From: Octopus sinensis
Taxonomy: Eukaryota
Direction: 5' to 3'
Assembly (NCBI RefSeq): GCF_006345805.1
Contig: NC_043004.1
Coordinates: 53,754,001-53,818,000, forward strand
DNA: 64,000 bases
Positions within the stretch are counted from its first letter, which is position 1. Every line of letters starts with the position of its first letter. Under the pieces are notes generated by a model that saw only the letters and a program-made list of their open reading frames with translations, made no database searches and was not told the DNA's origin. The position numbers and the translations under genes were made by a program. Shown in pieces: positions 1 through 12,810 of the stretch.

Positions 1-61
1 CAGAGACGGCTCTGATAGATCTTATCCAATTATGTCAGGAACTAAGCAACGATAATTTTCA

Positions 62-1216
62 TTGCTGATCATAACGCGGTTTGCCATCTCCACGTTAATC
101 CCTACCGTTACACACCGAACAACATCAAGGTCCATCATCATTAGAGCCTCTGTTATCCTCACCGTTACAAGCACCACAGTGCTGTTACCAAATCCATCGC
201 CAACACCGACACCACCGTCAGCAGCACGAAAATTATCTCCAGTAAATTATCTTCACAAGCAACACCAAGATGGCCACCATTACTGCACGAACGATCAGAA
301 ACATAACCACCAACAACATTGCCACGATGAATACATCCTCTTCCACCAAAACCACTATCACGACGGCCACGACTGCCAAAGTCATCACCACCAACATATT
401 TCCATCGCCAAGACCATCGACGCCAACACTACCACCAATAAAAAACCGTCGTCATCATTATTTCCATCATATCTCCCCAATTACATAACCATTAATGACT
501 AAGAGAACACCATCATCATCATCATCTTCATCATCATCACCGCCAGTACTACCACCATCTCTACCAACAACCATCATCTCAATCATCATCATCATATGTA
601 TCATTAACATCACCATTATCATCACTATATTTATCCTCATTTTCGTCATTATCATCACGATCATCATCATCAAGGTCATCAACATCATCATCATCATCAT
701 CATCATCACCATCATCACCATCACTACCACCTCCAACACCACTAACACCATCATGATCACAATCACCATCACCACCACGATCACTATCATCATGATCATC
801 ATCATCGTCATCACTGCCACTCCAACCACTTTCACCAGCAGCAGTCTCACCAACATCATAAATGAACCCACGCTATTAGAACCATTACCGCCACCACAAC
901 TACCATAAAATTCTACCACAGTCATTACCAACAACGCCCTCATAACTACCACCACCAGCGCCACCAACATGACCACATTTCCAATACCAGCACCTCAGTA
1001 ACCGCTAATACCACCAACATCCCCATTGATCATCATCATTCGACTAATTCTAAGACATCTGGTCTGTCTCCCCCACCCTCTTACTCACCATTATCAATAT
1101 ATTTCCAAAAAGGTTAATTAAATGAACAAATGACACAAAGATCTCTGCTTTTCTCCTATTTTATGTCGAGACGATTTCTTCCTCTCTTCTCTTCTACATC
1201 TGCTTTCTTCCATACT

Positions 1217-1278
<62 letters not shown>

Positions 1279-1302
1279 CAATAATAATAATAATAATAAT
1301 AG

Positions 1303-1365
<63 letters not shown>

Positions 1366-2170
1366 TAGTAAAAAGAAGAATGATAATAAAAATGTAATAT
1401 TATTATTATTATTATTATTATTATTGTTAATACTATTATTATTAAACCAGAACATCATTGATAATGATGATGATGATGATGATGATGACGATGATAAATT
1501 TGATGATGATCATGATGATGATGTTGATAATGATGTTGCTGCTGATAATGATGGTAATAACGTTGATGCTGCTGTTGCTGCTGCTGCTGCTGATGATGAT
1601 GATGATCATGATGATGATCATGATGATGATCATGATGATGTTGATGATGATGATGATAATTTTGAACATGAAAATGATGATGGCGGTGAGGGTGGTGATG
1701 ATGATGATGATGATGTTTAAGTAGTAACAGCAAGAACATTTACAAGAACAATAAGGAAAAGGAAAATTAGTGTTGTTATCTCTGTAGCTTTTTTCTTTCT
1801 TTTTTGCCTTTATTGTCCCCGTCGTCGTCGTCGCCGTTGTCGTTGTCGTTGTCGTTGTCGTCATCATCGTCTTCGTCATTGTTGACGTTGTTGATTCCCA
1901 TCGGTTGCCTCTGTTCTGAGAAATTATTCGCAAAAATCGATCGATAAGCGAATGTCCGAGAGGAAATAGATTTGCCAAAGAAATACTCTTTAGCATCTCT
2001 CTCTCTCACTCTCTTATTCTGTCACTTTCTCTTTCTAACGATATAAGGATAACAGAGATTGTCGTTGCTGTTGTGGTTGATGATGATGGTGATTATGACG
2101 ACGAGGAAGGGAGGAGACGAAGACAAATATGATGAAGATTAGCAACATGACCATGATGATGATGATGATG

Positions 2171-2205
<35 letters not shown>

Positions 2206-2220
2206 AATGATTTCCATAAT
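62..2220. repeat. Compound low-complexity trinucleotide arrays: degenerate (CAT/CAC)n, (TAC)n, (AAT)n, (GAT)n, (GTC/GTT)n
   Basis: Directly visible runs, e.g. (TAC)n 1214-1278, (AAT)n 1279-1360, (GAT)n 1460-1715. The overlapping poly-I/T/N/D/H ORFs are translation artefacts. Confidence 0.95.
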
Positions 2221-2659
2221 ATCATTGTATCTTCTTTCGAAACTAATTCTCAGACAGCTGTAATGCGATTCTATAAACCTTTACAAAATACATGTTAAAT
2301 ATTAAATATTAAATAGCCTTTGGCTATTTTAAGAATCTCTTTCGCCTGTCCGTCTTCCATATTTGTTTTCGTTTTTCTAATTGTTTGTACGGTTGGTTTT
2401 CTTTTATATACTTCTATTTTATCTTTTTCTCTACTAAAATTCTAGTTGAATATATGAAGGGTCGTAATGTTAATGCCTTTTATATATCACGGTAACTGCT
2501 GAAAATATTTCACTGCGTATGCTGTCTATCTTAATTTATGTTATATCATATTTTAGCATTTAAATATCTTTGATGTCACTGAGTGACAGCAAATCATATG
2601 GTAATTATACATACATATATTTACACATATAAACATATGAATTTATATACTCACATATA

Positions 2660-2790
<131 letters not shown>

Positions 2791-2814
2791 CATGTATATA
2801 TGTATCTATATCGT

Positions 2815-3030
2815 CATCATGGGTTGTCGTATGTCGGTGTTGACAGTTCTATTGAGAAAGTATCTTTTGCAGGCTTGCATGTGAGCTACAAGTCCTGCTC
2901 CACAACTCTGAACAAAATGCTCTGTACGGTATGGCGTTTGGCACCATCTCCCAGCATACTGCCTCATTGAGCTTCTAAGCCATGCACCAATGATGAGGCT
3001 GTCGAGCAGTATCGTTTCCCTTGCTAGTTA
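2815..3030 (-). mobile_element. Probable degenerate 3' end of an RTE-type LINE
   Basis: Minus strand reads ...ETILLDSL..(W)..AVCWEMVPNAIP across frameshifts, resembling the RTE RT C-terminus, and ends in a short (GAT)-like tail. Weak, by eye. Confidence 0.3.
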
Positions 3031-3190
3031 ACACCTATCTAATGGTGCAGATGCTCGGTTTAGTCGGATAAATTTTTTAAGCCATTAGTCGAAAATTACT
3101 CTGCGTTTTCGATTATCCAATGCTGACGTCTTCACTGTATCCATGGTATGGAAGCCCAAAGGATTGCTAGAACTTGCCCAAAATGGAGCC

Positions 3191-3390
3191 CTAATCACCT
3201 TGTTTGTAACGTTTATACTAATATATCTCACGCTTTGAGTTCTAGAACCAATTAAACAGAGGGTAGAAAAACATAGTGAGCAGATAAACGGATGTTTCGA
3301 AACGGACCTTATTACGAAGGTTACACACTGGGTATTTCATGAGAACATTTTTACCTTTGATGGGAAAATATATCGACAAATAAGGAGCAC
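3191..3390 (+). pseudogene. Penelope-like reverse transcriptase fragment (motif A to start of motif B)
   Basis: With frameshifts reads LIT..VT-YTNISHAL..LEPIKQ...LITKVTHWVFHENIFTFDGKIYRQIRST, matching the PLE RT pattern DVxSLYTNI...N(Y/I)FxFxGKxYxQxxG. Confidence 0.65.
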
Positions 3391-3450
3391 ATTTCCCGTT
3401 AAAGGCAGCCAATATTTAATCTACTGTCGCATACTCTTGATATTATAATA

Positions 3451-3486
3451 TCCAGTTATAATATCGCATGAGATATTATAACTGGA
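3451..3486. other. Perfect 15-bp inverted repeat with 6-nt loop
   Basis: TCCAGTTATAATATC-gcatga-GATATTATAACTGGA. Confidence 0.9.
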
Positions 3487-3534
3487 GATACAATTATAAA
3501 CAAATTTCTCAAAGGACTTTCTTAAAGGTGCAAA

Positions 3535-4657
3535 CTAATCATCTAGCCTCCGTTCATCCTGTGTGAGGATGTCATCAAACCTCATAGACATCAGCGAGAA
3601 ACGAAATCTCTGCAAAAACATAACTGCCGGACAAATTTCGATTCCTGTACCATCGTTTGTCCATATATCTTCCATATTCATTTGGTTAGCTCTAAAATCT
3701 CCCAACACACAAAGCAGTCCTGTCGTAGCTTTCATCTCCCTTTCATTAATATGGCTTTCTTTTGACTTATCTTTATATTTTCCTTGTTTATTGTCAATGT
3801 AAATATTAGCGCCAGCTGCTAATTCATTCAGAGGTTCTTGTGTGAGAAACAAAGACCAGCAGTCCTTTTGCAGCTCCTCTTGACCATCGTGAATCCTGGT
3901 ATATGTTGTGGTCACGTGTACGCCGTGAAAACATGGGGGAACTTCTTTGCAGAGAGTTTTACTATTTTTGCCTATAAACCGTTTTTCTGTGTTCCTTGTA
4001 GCCTACTGTTCATCTTCATCATTAGCTTCATGTGTTTCTTCTAAAGAATCATCAGGTGAAGTTTGCAACTTGCTCTTTGCTTTAGTTGCTCCCTCTTCAT
4101 CTGTCAATTCTTCGTCTGTTGTTTGTTCCTCAACTATACTCACTTTTTCTTCTTCAGATTCCTCAACATCTGCTTCTTCATCAAGAAATGATCCTGATTC
4201 TTCTGTTACATTCTTTCCCAACCGTCTCTGTCAAATTTTCAATTTGTCTTTCGTAGTCCATTGTGAATCTGAAAGGAAAATAGATTTCTCACTTTTATGC
4301 CATTCAGAACCATCAAATAACAACAAAATGTATATAATATATAATTTTATGTGAGAAATAATCAACCTTTCAGATGTAAAAATAAATAAAATAAGCAATA
4401 ATAAAGAAAAGGAAACAAAAGTGTACTTGTCAATGAATAGTATTGCGTGTGGTATGATGGGATATGCACAACCCCAGACACAAATAACACGTGTGTACAC
4501 TTCTCATCACTCAGCAAGTAAGTGAGTAGAGATATGAATTAACTCAGTGGAGTGTACCAAGAAATTACATGGACGGAAAGTACTATCACTGCTGCCACAT
4601 GTAAGATACACATATACAAACATCACCTGGGGTATGAGATACCGCACCACTGGAGGG
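3535..4657 (-). mobile_element. piggyBac (PGBD4-like) transposon remnant, 5' part only
   Basis: Acidic N-terminus (4003-4221), then DCWSLFLTQEPLNEL...TGLL..LG.FRANQMNMEDIW..DGTGIEI..AVM.LQRFRF..SMRFDD..T.DERR (3535-3915), the typical piggyBac transposase N-terminal region. Minus-strand terminus TTAA|CCC at 4661-4655. Confidence 0.85.
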
Positions 4658-5276
4658 TTAAATATCTTTGTGACATATTTCAACTGATAATACGTAAATC
4701 CAATGCAGCTACCGTAGAGAAAATATCTCTCTCATGGTAAGACGTTGTGAAGACACACAGTTTGTTTAGTGTCGCCATCTATCTGGAGTACCAGATATCG
4801 ATGTTTCGAGTTTCTTTTTACTCTTGACAATGGAATGTTCCTAAGAGAGGTAATTGCTTTATGTAAAATTCAGTCAACAATGTTGACTAATTTCTGCTAG
4901 GAGATAACTAGATCGTGGGAAATAACGAAATGCTAGCGCCAAGCAGCATTTGAAATACATCACAAACATATTTCATTTAACCTAAATTTTGCTTATGCCT
5001 AAACACTGTTTGACCCTAATATTTCGTTATTTTCCTCGGTCAGGCGATCTATCAGCACAAATTTTATATACAGCAATTCCTTCATAAATTTTTTCAGTTT
5101 CTTCTCTTAGGCACAACCCATTGACAAGAGTAAAAAAACTCGAAACATCGATGTCTGAGATTCCTGACTGATGGCGACACTGAACACCTTTTTTACCATA
5201 AGAGAGATATTTTCACCAAGGTAATTCCAGTAAATTTGCCTTTAAGCAGTTGAAATATTTCACAAGTATATTTTAA
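4658..5276. mobile_element. MITE/fold-back element with long imperfect inverted repeats
   Basis: TTAAATATCTTTGTGACATATTTCAACTG matches the reverse complement of CAGTTGAAATATTTCACAAGTATATTTTAA. Internal arms GTGTCGCCATC...ATCGATGTTTCGAGTTT..TACTCTTGACAATGG pair with CCATTGACAAGAGTA..AACTCGAAACATCGAT...GATGGCGACAC. Confidence 0.65.
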
Positions 5277-5307
5277 CTTAAATTTTGCTTATATATATAT
5301 ATATTAT

Positions 5308-5357
<50 letters not shown>

Positions 5358-5360
<3 letters not shown>

Positions 5361-5496
5361 TTTATTTAAAGCAGCAGAAATTCAACAAAACCTGTTACTC
5401 TGAGTTTCCCTGCTGGTTTAAATAAAGCATATTACTCTACCACTGGTATTTGAGTACTCTTTTTTCCACTTGTTTCACATTTATGTGTTTACTCCG

Positions 5497-5497
<1 letters not shown>
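5358..5497 (+). mobile_element. Miniature PLE-type terminal-repeat fold-back (inverted arm + tail), (TA)n-flanked; same family as 50364-50541
   Basis: Inverted segment TACTTTATTTAAAGCAGCAG...GTTACTCTGAGTTTCCC followed by sense TGCTGGTTTAAATAAAGCATATT...CCGG. The minus strand carries the HHR 3' half GAAAC-TCAGA-GTA. Confidence 0.6.
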
Positions 5498-5584
<87 letters not shown>

Positions 5585-8500
5585 TGTGTGTAAGTGTGTG
5601 TGTAAGTGTGTGTGTGTGTAATATACCTGCTCCGTAGATTACGACGGAGAGGATACATTTTGTTCGAATGAATTCTCCAATTGCAACTATAGGATTCAAA
5701 CTGAACGTAATTAGTTACAAATATAAGAAGCAAATTTACAGATACTTTATGGGTTTTGCATTGCTGTACGCTTGTGCTATCTTTTATGCATTTTTACCAT
5801 GTTCGAAACACTGCAAACTTTATTTTATTTTACTTTTCAAACTTCAGTTGGCGATCTTCTTCTGTTCACAGACATCGTAACGCTAACAATCGCGTGTGCC
5901 TTATAATTCCAAACAAAGCCGTACAATAAATGAAGACAATTCTGATTTTCAAACTTTCTAATTCCTTCGACATGTCATTAACTTTTGTGCTAATTTTTTT
6001 TAACAGAGAATAAGATCAAACTACTAGAGGGAGACCAACTCGTGATAATTTTGGCAATTAGAAACCTAAGATGCGATCATCAAGTTGGCGGCAGAGACAC
6101 CACTTTGATGAAACGTTTTTAGATGAATTTTACAAATGGAAACCGAATCTTTAATTTGTTTATTAACAACTACGTTGGAACATGATTTTAGTGGCATTAG
6201 AATTATTGAATAGTTTTTAGGTCGTAGTTAACTAATGATGTATATTAGTATGTGTGTTCTGTGTGTGTATGTGGAAATATATACCTATATCCGTGTGCTG
6301 GTGTAACACTCTCGCTCCACCTGTGAAAATGCCCACTTTTCCATCCTTTTTAACCGTCTACATATAATATCAAACACACCTCATTTCTAACAATTTGTCG
6401 ACATTTTTCTCTCCTGTTTATTGATGTTTTTGCAGAAATGTATGTGTGTGTATGAGGGTATAAATATATTATGTAATATAGAGTCACTCAAATAACATAA
6501 CACAATTAATAACAGTTGGATTACGCTTCAACTTCCTCTCTCAAACAAAATTCAGCACCTAACTAAATAACATTTCTCATATAGTACTCCTGTATAAGAG
6601 GTATCTAACAGAAAACCGAGTGTATCTAGCGAAGCTGTCCTCAACATTTATCAGTAAAAAGATTCAGCCGCGCTGAAATCATATTGAAGGAAATGCATGT
6701 ATAAAATATGACCTCTCCATCAGATCCAGAGATAAATCTCACTATTCAAATATGTCTAGCGGTTGAAAAAGAATTTCAGCAATATCTTCGTACGTTATTC
6801 TTCATAAACGGATGTAAAATTTCTTTCCTTTTTCCTCTGTGTGGTAATCTAATACTAACTCTGTTTTTTGCTTAGTTTTTGTCTTGTATTTCCCTAAACT
6901 TGGCCACAAAATAATATGCTGCTTTGGCCATCTGAAAATTCAGCGTGCCTAAGTAGCTGTGCCAGATTCTGAAGTTAAAAAAATAACATTTGTGTCAAAT
7001 ATCAGTTATGAAAATAAGCTAGCTATTAAGAATTCTTCGCTATAAACAGATTAACACCTGACGTGCTTGATAATCGAGCCCCACCAAACTACCAAACCAA
7101 TCAATTAAAAACTGTCTGTACCCCCCAACCCTAGCGAACAACAAGATATTGGCAGTATATATACAGTAGTAATTTCTACTTCGCTGCGAGACTGACCAAC
7201 AAGTGTGAATTGCACACTCCTATGCATTAGAATTCTACGCGTCGCCTCACCAATAGATATAAATTTCATAGAACCCTACACCAACCCCACATGACAATTG
7301 CCATCAAACTAAAACTACATTGACGCCTCGAAGCCTGATATTTGGATTTAAATGTCATTCGCTGTGATAATCGTGGTTGTGATAGAAAGATATTTCAGTT
7401 TCCAACAGATAGTTGTCCCCTGTGTAAATAAAATTGTATGTACGCCTGAATTTAAATTGATAGATATTGCAGCAATCAATACGGCATAAATTAATTCAAT
7501 AAGTTCTTCTTTCGTGGCAAGCACTTCATTGAATGCAGCTGTCGTACATTCTGGTAGATAGCTATAGTAGCTCAGTGTCTGCCTCATATTAACTTTCGGG
7601 CTCATTTGTCCGCCCTGTTTCCTTGTTTGGTAACTGCTAAAACTAATACTGCTATAAATGAATCACTCCGCTTCTTTACGTTTTGGTCTGCCAGTTATTA
7701 GAAAAACGACGTATGATGTTAAATATTTCTGTGTTAAGATGAACATTTAATATACAAGGCCTAAACTCCATCTTGTTCAGAACTAATGCTAGCTTCTTGA
7801 ATACCTTCAACAGCGGTCATATCATAAATCATATTCCCCTGTTTAAATCATGGGTATCGGAATTTAACGATGAGCAACATTGCGAGTTTCATCGATTTTA
7901 CTGGGTTATCCTATCTTTACCATATTTTATTATTTCTTACATTATTATATACATTATTATATTATATACTGTCGACGGTATTTCTGCAAACATTGACTTC
8001 ACATGATCTGGACGAATACCAACGACATGAATCTGAACAACCTTTAAGTGTACTGCACCTGTACCCGAGAATAATTTGTGGAAAGACGAAGAACGAATTT
8101 AAAAATCGATGCTGGGAAGATTCACTTCCTGATATGGATAAAAAAAATTATTAAGGACATGCTTTTAGAAATAGGACTTTCAGAAGACTGTGATATAGAA
8201 TTAAAGCCGATCAGACTTAATCTCCATTATCATACTGTTTTTATTTTTACATTTATAAATGTTCTTTATCAATATTCTCGTCATTCTTAAGATGCAATTA
8301 AATTTCACAATCTATATTTACTCACTGGAAAAGAATTCCCTCGAGTGCGAAAGCTGCGTTCCCGTAATTTTTTCCATATACTTTCCTTACTTATTTTTGT
8401 TTATATTCTAAAATAACGCATGAAAATTGGCCTCCATTATAATTTAGAAATGCATAATATTCATTGTTAAATATGGCGGAAATTGATACATTAACTCTCA

Positions 8501-9601
8501 GTTGTAGAGTTTTGAAAAATCTCATAATTTTTGAAGGAATTAAACTAACTTTCGTTTACACTTTTCTCTAAAATTCTTATTATCTTCATGCACCTGGTTT
8601 TTTATTATACATTTCTAACTATATGTCTATCTATCTATGTATGTATCTATGTCTATTTACACTGCGTATATGGGATATGCGTGCGTGTGTATGTGTGTGT
8701 GCGCGCGTGCAGTCGCAGACACACACCTGTATGATTCAGATATCTGTGCTTTTGTATGTGTGTGTGCTAAACTTGTATAATGCAGGTTTTTATTCGCCAT
8801 TGAAAGAAAACAGATATAAACTAATGTAGCTAATGCTAAAGGAGTAATATATTGAACCGGAAATGAAACGGACGCGTGACCGAAGGCAAATACGTATTCG
8901 CAAATCCCAAAGATATTTCTAATTCCATAAGGAGAACTTATTACCGAAAATAGAAATACAATATTTATAATTGTTTCACATAAAGTATTGTACTGTCCAA
9001 TTAATTTTAATTGAACAATCTCTCCTAATCACTTTGTACATTGATTTTGACATATCTCCTAAATATCTAAATGATGCTTCGTATATAATTCTCTAATATA
9101 CTAGTCAAGACGCGTTTCCTACCGTTTATTCTGTTTGATTCATGACCATGATGTCTTAGGTGCAATTCTTGGATCGGTAATTGCGTTGTGTGCTTGAGAA
9201 TGTTATCTCATATCACGTTTTTTCTTCCTGGGTATTCGACTATAATCAGAACTTCCCGGAGTCTGTTGCAGCCTTCTCTCCTCTCCCCTCTCTCTCTCTT
9301 TTCTTTCTCCTTCCCGCTCCCTCTCTCTCACTCTATCTCTCTTTCTCTCCCTGTCCCCACTCACTTCAGCTGTTAAATTCTGCATACTTACATGGTCGTT
9401 TAAGTCACAGTAGAGTGATCTAGAAAGTGCTTACATCTCTTAGCTCATACATGAGTGGCTAAAGCGACTGGTGTAAGCATGTTACATGCATCTAACAAAC
9501 ACTTGCTCGCGGCCAACGACTTGTTGTATTGTACTCAGATACCGAGTATTGGACTTCAGTTGAGTGCAATAACTATTACCGATCATACTAGTGAAGAGAG
9601 C

Positions 9602-9810
9602 GGCGAACTGGCAGAATCGTTAGTGCGCTGGACGAAATACTTAGCGGTATTTCGTCTGTCGCAACATTGTGAGTTCAAATTTTGCCGAGGTCGACTTTGC
9701 CTTTCATCAAATCAGAGTCCATAAATTGAGTACTAGTACAACACTGGAGTCGATGTAATCGATTATCCTCCTCCCCCAAATTTCAGGCGTTATGTCTATA
9801 GTAGAAAGGA
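9602..9810 (+). mobile_element. tRNA-derived SINE (family 2: GGCGA(G/A)CTGGCAGAATCGTTAG...)
   Basis: A-box-like TGGCAGAATCG, B-box-like GAGTTCAAATT, body CCGAGGTCGACTTTGCCTTTCATC shared with copies at 12870-14200 and 21513. Confidence 0.85.
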
Positions 9811-10690
9811 TTATTACAAGTGAGGACACGAGACCTAGAAAACAGTGGTTCGATTCGTGAACATAAGATCTTAGATTTCGTTCCTCGATCGGGAGGTGCC
9901 TTATGTCCTGAGCACGTCATCTTATATGTTTTTCTTCCTCTTTTTTATGTCCTATGTAGTCGACTGTAATACGCACTTGTAGTGTTAAAGTTCAATCTTA
10001 TCCTCTTTCTGGATTGACGTCCATGATGTTCGGTTGAGTCAAATATGAGCGGTCAAGATAATGTTTGTATCTCTTCCACGTGCATATTTCTTCTTTAAAT
10101 CATACACGCAGTATCGGGGAATACATTACATAATGCTAAGTGCTCTACACCACTTTTGAGGTCGTAGGATATAACATTAGGGAAACTAGGCTGCTGTTAT
10201 TCCTGGCACACTCATTGTAGCTTAAATCGGTATTGTTGAACGTTTCAGCATTTGTGGCATCCTGTCTCATATACGTGCGTCTATGTGTCTGTCTGTCTGT
10301 GTGCGCGCGTGTGTGTGTGTATTTTTATGTGTATGTGTGTATCCCAGTGAGTAAACAGATAAAAAAGTAGCACTCAATACATTTAATGAGACTTGCACAT
10401 ATTTACTTTTACATAAGTTTGACTCAGGTTTACATGGTTTCAAGTTACGTATGAGCGTGACGATCACCTCCATCACATCCGATAGTACAGACATTGTTGC
10501 TTACATATCATGAGACAGAGCAGCCCTTCGAACCGACGAAACTTTAAATGTAGTCGAGCAGATTCAAATTAATACTATATGTACATTAACGAAAACATAC
10601 ATACATACATACATGCACACACATATATACATACATGCTTATATACATACATATACACATTCATACATACATACAACCTACCTATCTACC

Positions 10691-11169
10691 TACAAAAATT
10701 CAGGGTGAATACTTGATAATTGTAAGCACCTGTATATACCATTTGGTGGTGTAGGTGGTAGAGTATATTAATCAAAATAAAAACATGATGCCAAGGATTC
10801 AGCGGTACATATGTTTCGGGCCTTTATTAGACGGATTTATAACAATGCATAATGTGTGTCTATGGCCTTCTTCAACCGAGCACAATTACTACTTCAAGGA
10901 CATTATTACATCATAAATTCTACGTTGGGGATGCAAATGCTAACAGTCGCGTACGACAGAGTGGGGCACCAGCACAAAAACGAAGCGTCCATCCCGTCTT
11001 TCACTCAATGTAGAATGTTCCTCATTTGCATCCCCAACGTAGAATTTATGATGTAATACATGTCCTTGAAGTAGACACATTATGCATTGTTATAAATCCG
11101 TCTAATAAAGGCCCGAAACATATGTACCGCTTAATCCTTGGCATCATGTTTTTATTTTAATTAATATAC
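10691..11169 (-). mobile_element. PLE-type fold-back element with nested inverted repeats and HHR
   Basis: Arms 10763-10858 / 11066-11169 and 10888-10938 / 11008-11064 are reverse complements. The left side carries an extra ~70-bp tail (10691-10762). Confidence 0.7.
10801..10881 (-). ncRNA. Type I hammerhead ribozyme-like motif, degenerate (family E)
   Basis: Minus strand: CGG-TTGAAGA-AGGCC.TAGAC...GTCTA...GGCCC-GAAAC-ATAT-GTA-CCG. C3>U and a mismatch at the first stem II pair; palindromic stem III ACATATGT. Confidence 0.6.
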
Positions 11170-12119
11170 CTATCTACCTACATAGATACATATATGCATG
11201 CATACATACATAATTATAAATACGAAAAACAAATACATATCATAAGACATACATTTCCTAAGATATATAAGAAAAACTGAAACAAAAGTACAAATACATG
11301 TTATAATAGAAACTGATATAATAAGACAAATACAGATGACGAACATATATTATAAGAGAAATACATTTTACGGGACACATATATCTTATGAGACAAATAA
11401 ATAAAAGTCAAATACATATCAAGTTTCAGCAGCCATATTATAGCATCCGCATTTCATTAATTTCCAGTGGAATGACTACAACATTGTAGAATTAGATGTA
11501 TATTAATATACGCTAATTAGCAATGAGTAAATTACTTAATAAATATACATGTACACACACTCACACACATACATACACACATAAGTTCTCACGCAATTGC
11601 ATATCGACGTTTTTTTTTTACTTTCTATCAATTTCATATTTCCTCTTCATATTATGTAACTTTTTATTACTTATACAAAGATTACATCGCAGCAGACTCA
11701 CAACGCCCATTAAAATTTACAAATACAGTGTGTTATATTGAAGTTTATATCGATTAATGATTTGTAATAACGATGTATATTAATGTCTATCAATAACTTA
11801 GGTCGTATTGATCTGGTTCCAGAATACTAATATATTTTGTATTTTAATCGCTTAGACACAGAAAGAGTCGGAGCGCCCACGAAGCTTTTCATAGACAGAT
11901 TCATTAACTGAAATGCTGGCAATACAGCGTACGTTTCTAAATGTGAGATCCTCAGTACACCGCACAAGAGTAGGAAAAAAATCTTTTGACAGATTTCTAC
12001 ACAGCTTCAGCCAACTTCCTTTGTACAGCCCAGTGGGTGCAAAAGTCGTTATATATAATCGTACAATATTTATATTTTTATAAAATAATAGTAAGTGTAT
12101 GATACAGAGATTCAATAAC

Positions 12120-12810
12120 TATCAGGTCATCCCATAAGTTCTGTCCGAATTTTGAATACAGAAAACAAGTGATCAAATGTTATATTTAATTGAAATTTAA
12201 TCATCAATGTATTTTCCCTGATTATCTATGACTTCCTTCCATCTTTTTGCAAGCTTTTTAATCCCATCAATGTAAAACTCTTTCGACTTCAAAGCGAAGA
12301 ACTCTGAAATGTCAGTTTCGACCTCCTCCAGGCTTGCGAAAGTTATGTCCCCCAAATGATTCTGTAAACTTCAAAACAAATAGTAGTCTGAAGGAGCAAG
12401 GTCGGGATGAGGGATGTTTTTTCCAACCAAGCTCTTCGATCTTCTGTGATATGATGTTTGTAGTGTGAAGTCGCGCATTGTCCTGATGAAACATCACTCC
12501 TTTTCGATTCACTAAAGCGGGTCTCTAATTGCTCAGTAGACTAAAGTATTGATTGTTGCATTAGCGGTAACAATTCAAAGTGAATTACTCCTTGACAATC
12601 CCACCAGATAGAGAGAAGAACCTTTTTTCCATGAAGTTCCCTCCTCGGTTGTGATTGAGCTTTTCCGCTTTTACCAAGCCATTGTTTACGACGTTTAACA
12701 TTTCGATAGAAGATCCATTGTTCGTCACTAGTCACAAGTCTATCCAAAAGGGGTGAAATGAGTTCGCGAGAATGGAGAGAAGAGCAGATGTCAACTCGTG
12801 ACTTGCGCTT
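12120..12810 (-). mobile_element. mariner transposon remnant (3' half with TIR)
   Basis: RLVTSDEQWIFY.NVKRRKQW, KKVLLSIWWDCQGVIHFELLP, FHQDNAR.HT, S.DLAPSDY-like. TIR TATCAGGTCATCCCATAAGTTCTGTCCG at ~12120. Confidence 0.9.

Noticed and set aside
62-2220. Many long ORFs (poly-Ile/Thr/Asn/Asp/His/Met)
   Set aside because: Translations of trinucleotide microsatellites, open in several frames on both strands
5115-5160. HHR-like string TTGACAA-GAGT-AAAAAA-ACTC-GAAAC-ATCGAT-GTC
   Set aside because: Two core mismatches, only a 2-bp stem I, and it lies within the inverted arm of a MITE; treated as chance or too decayed
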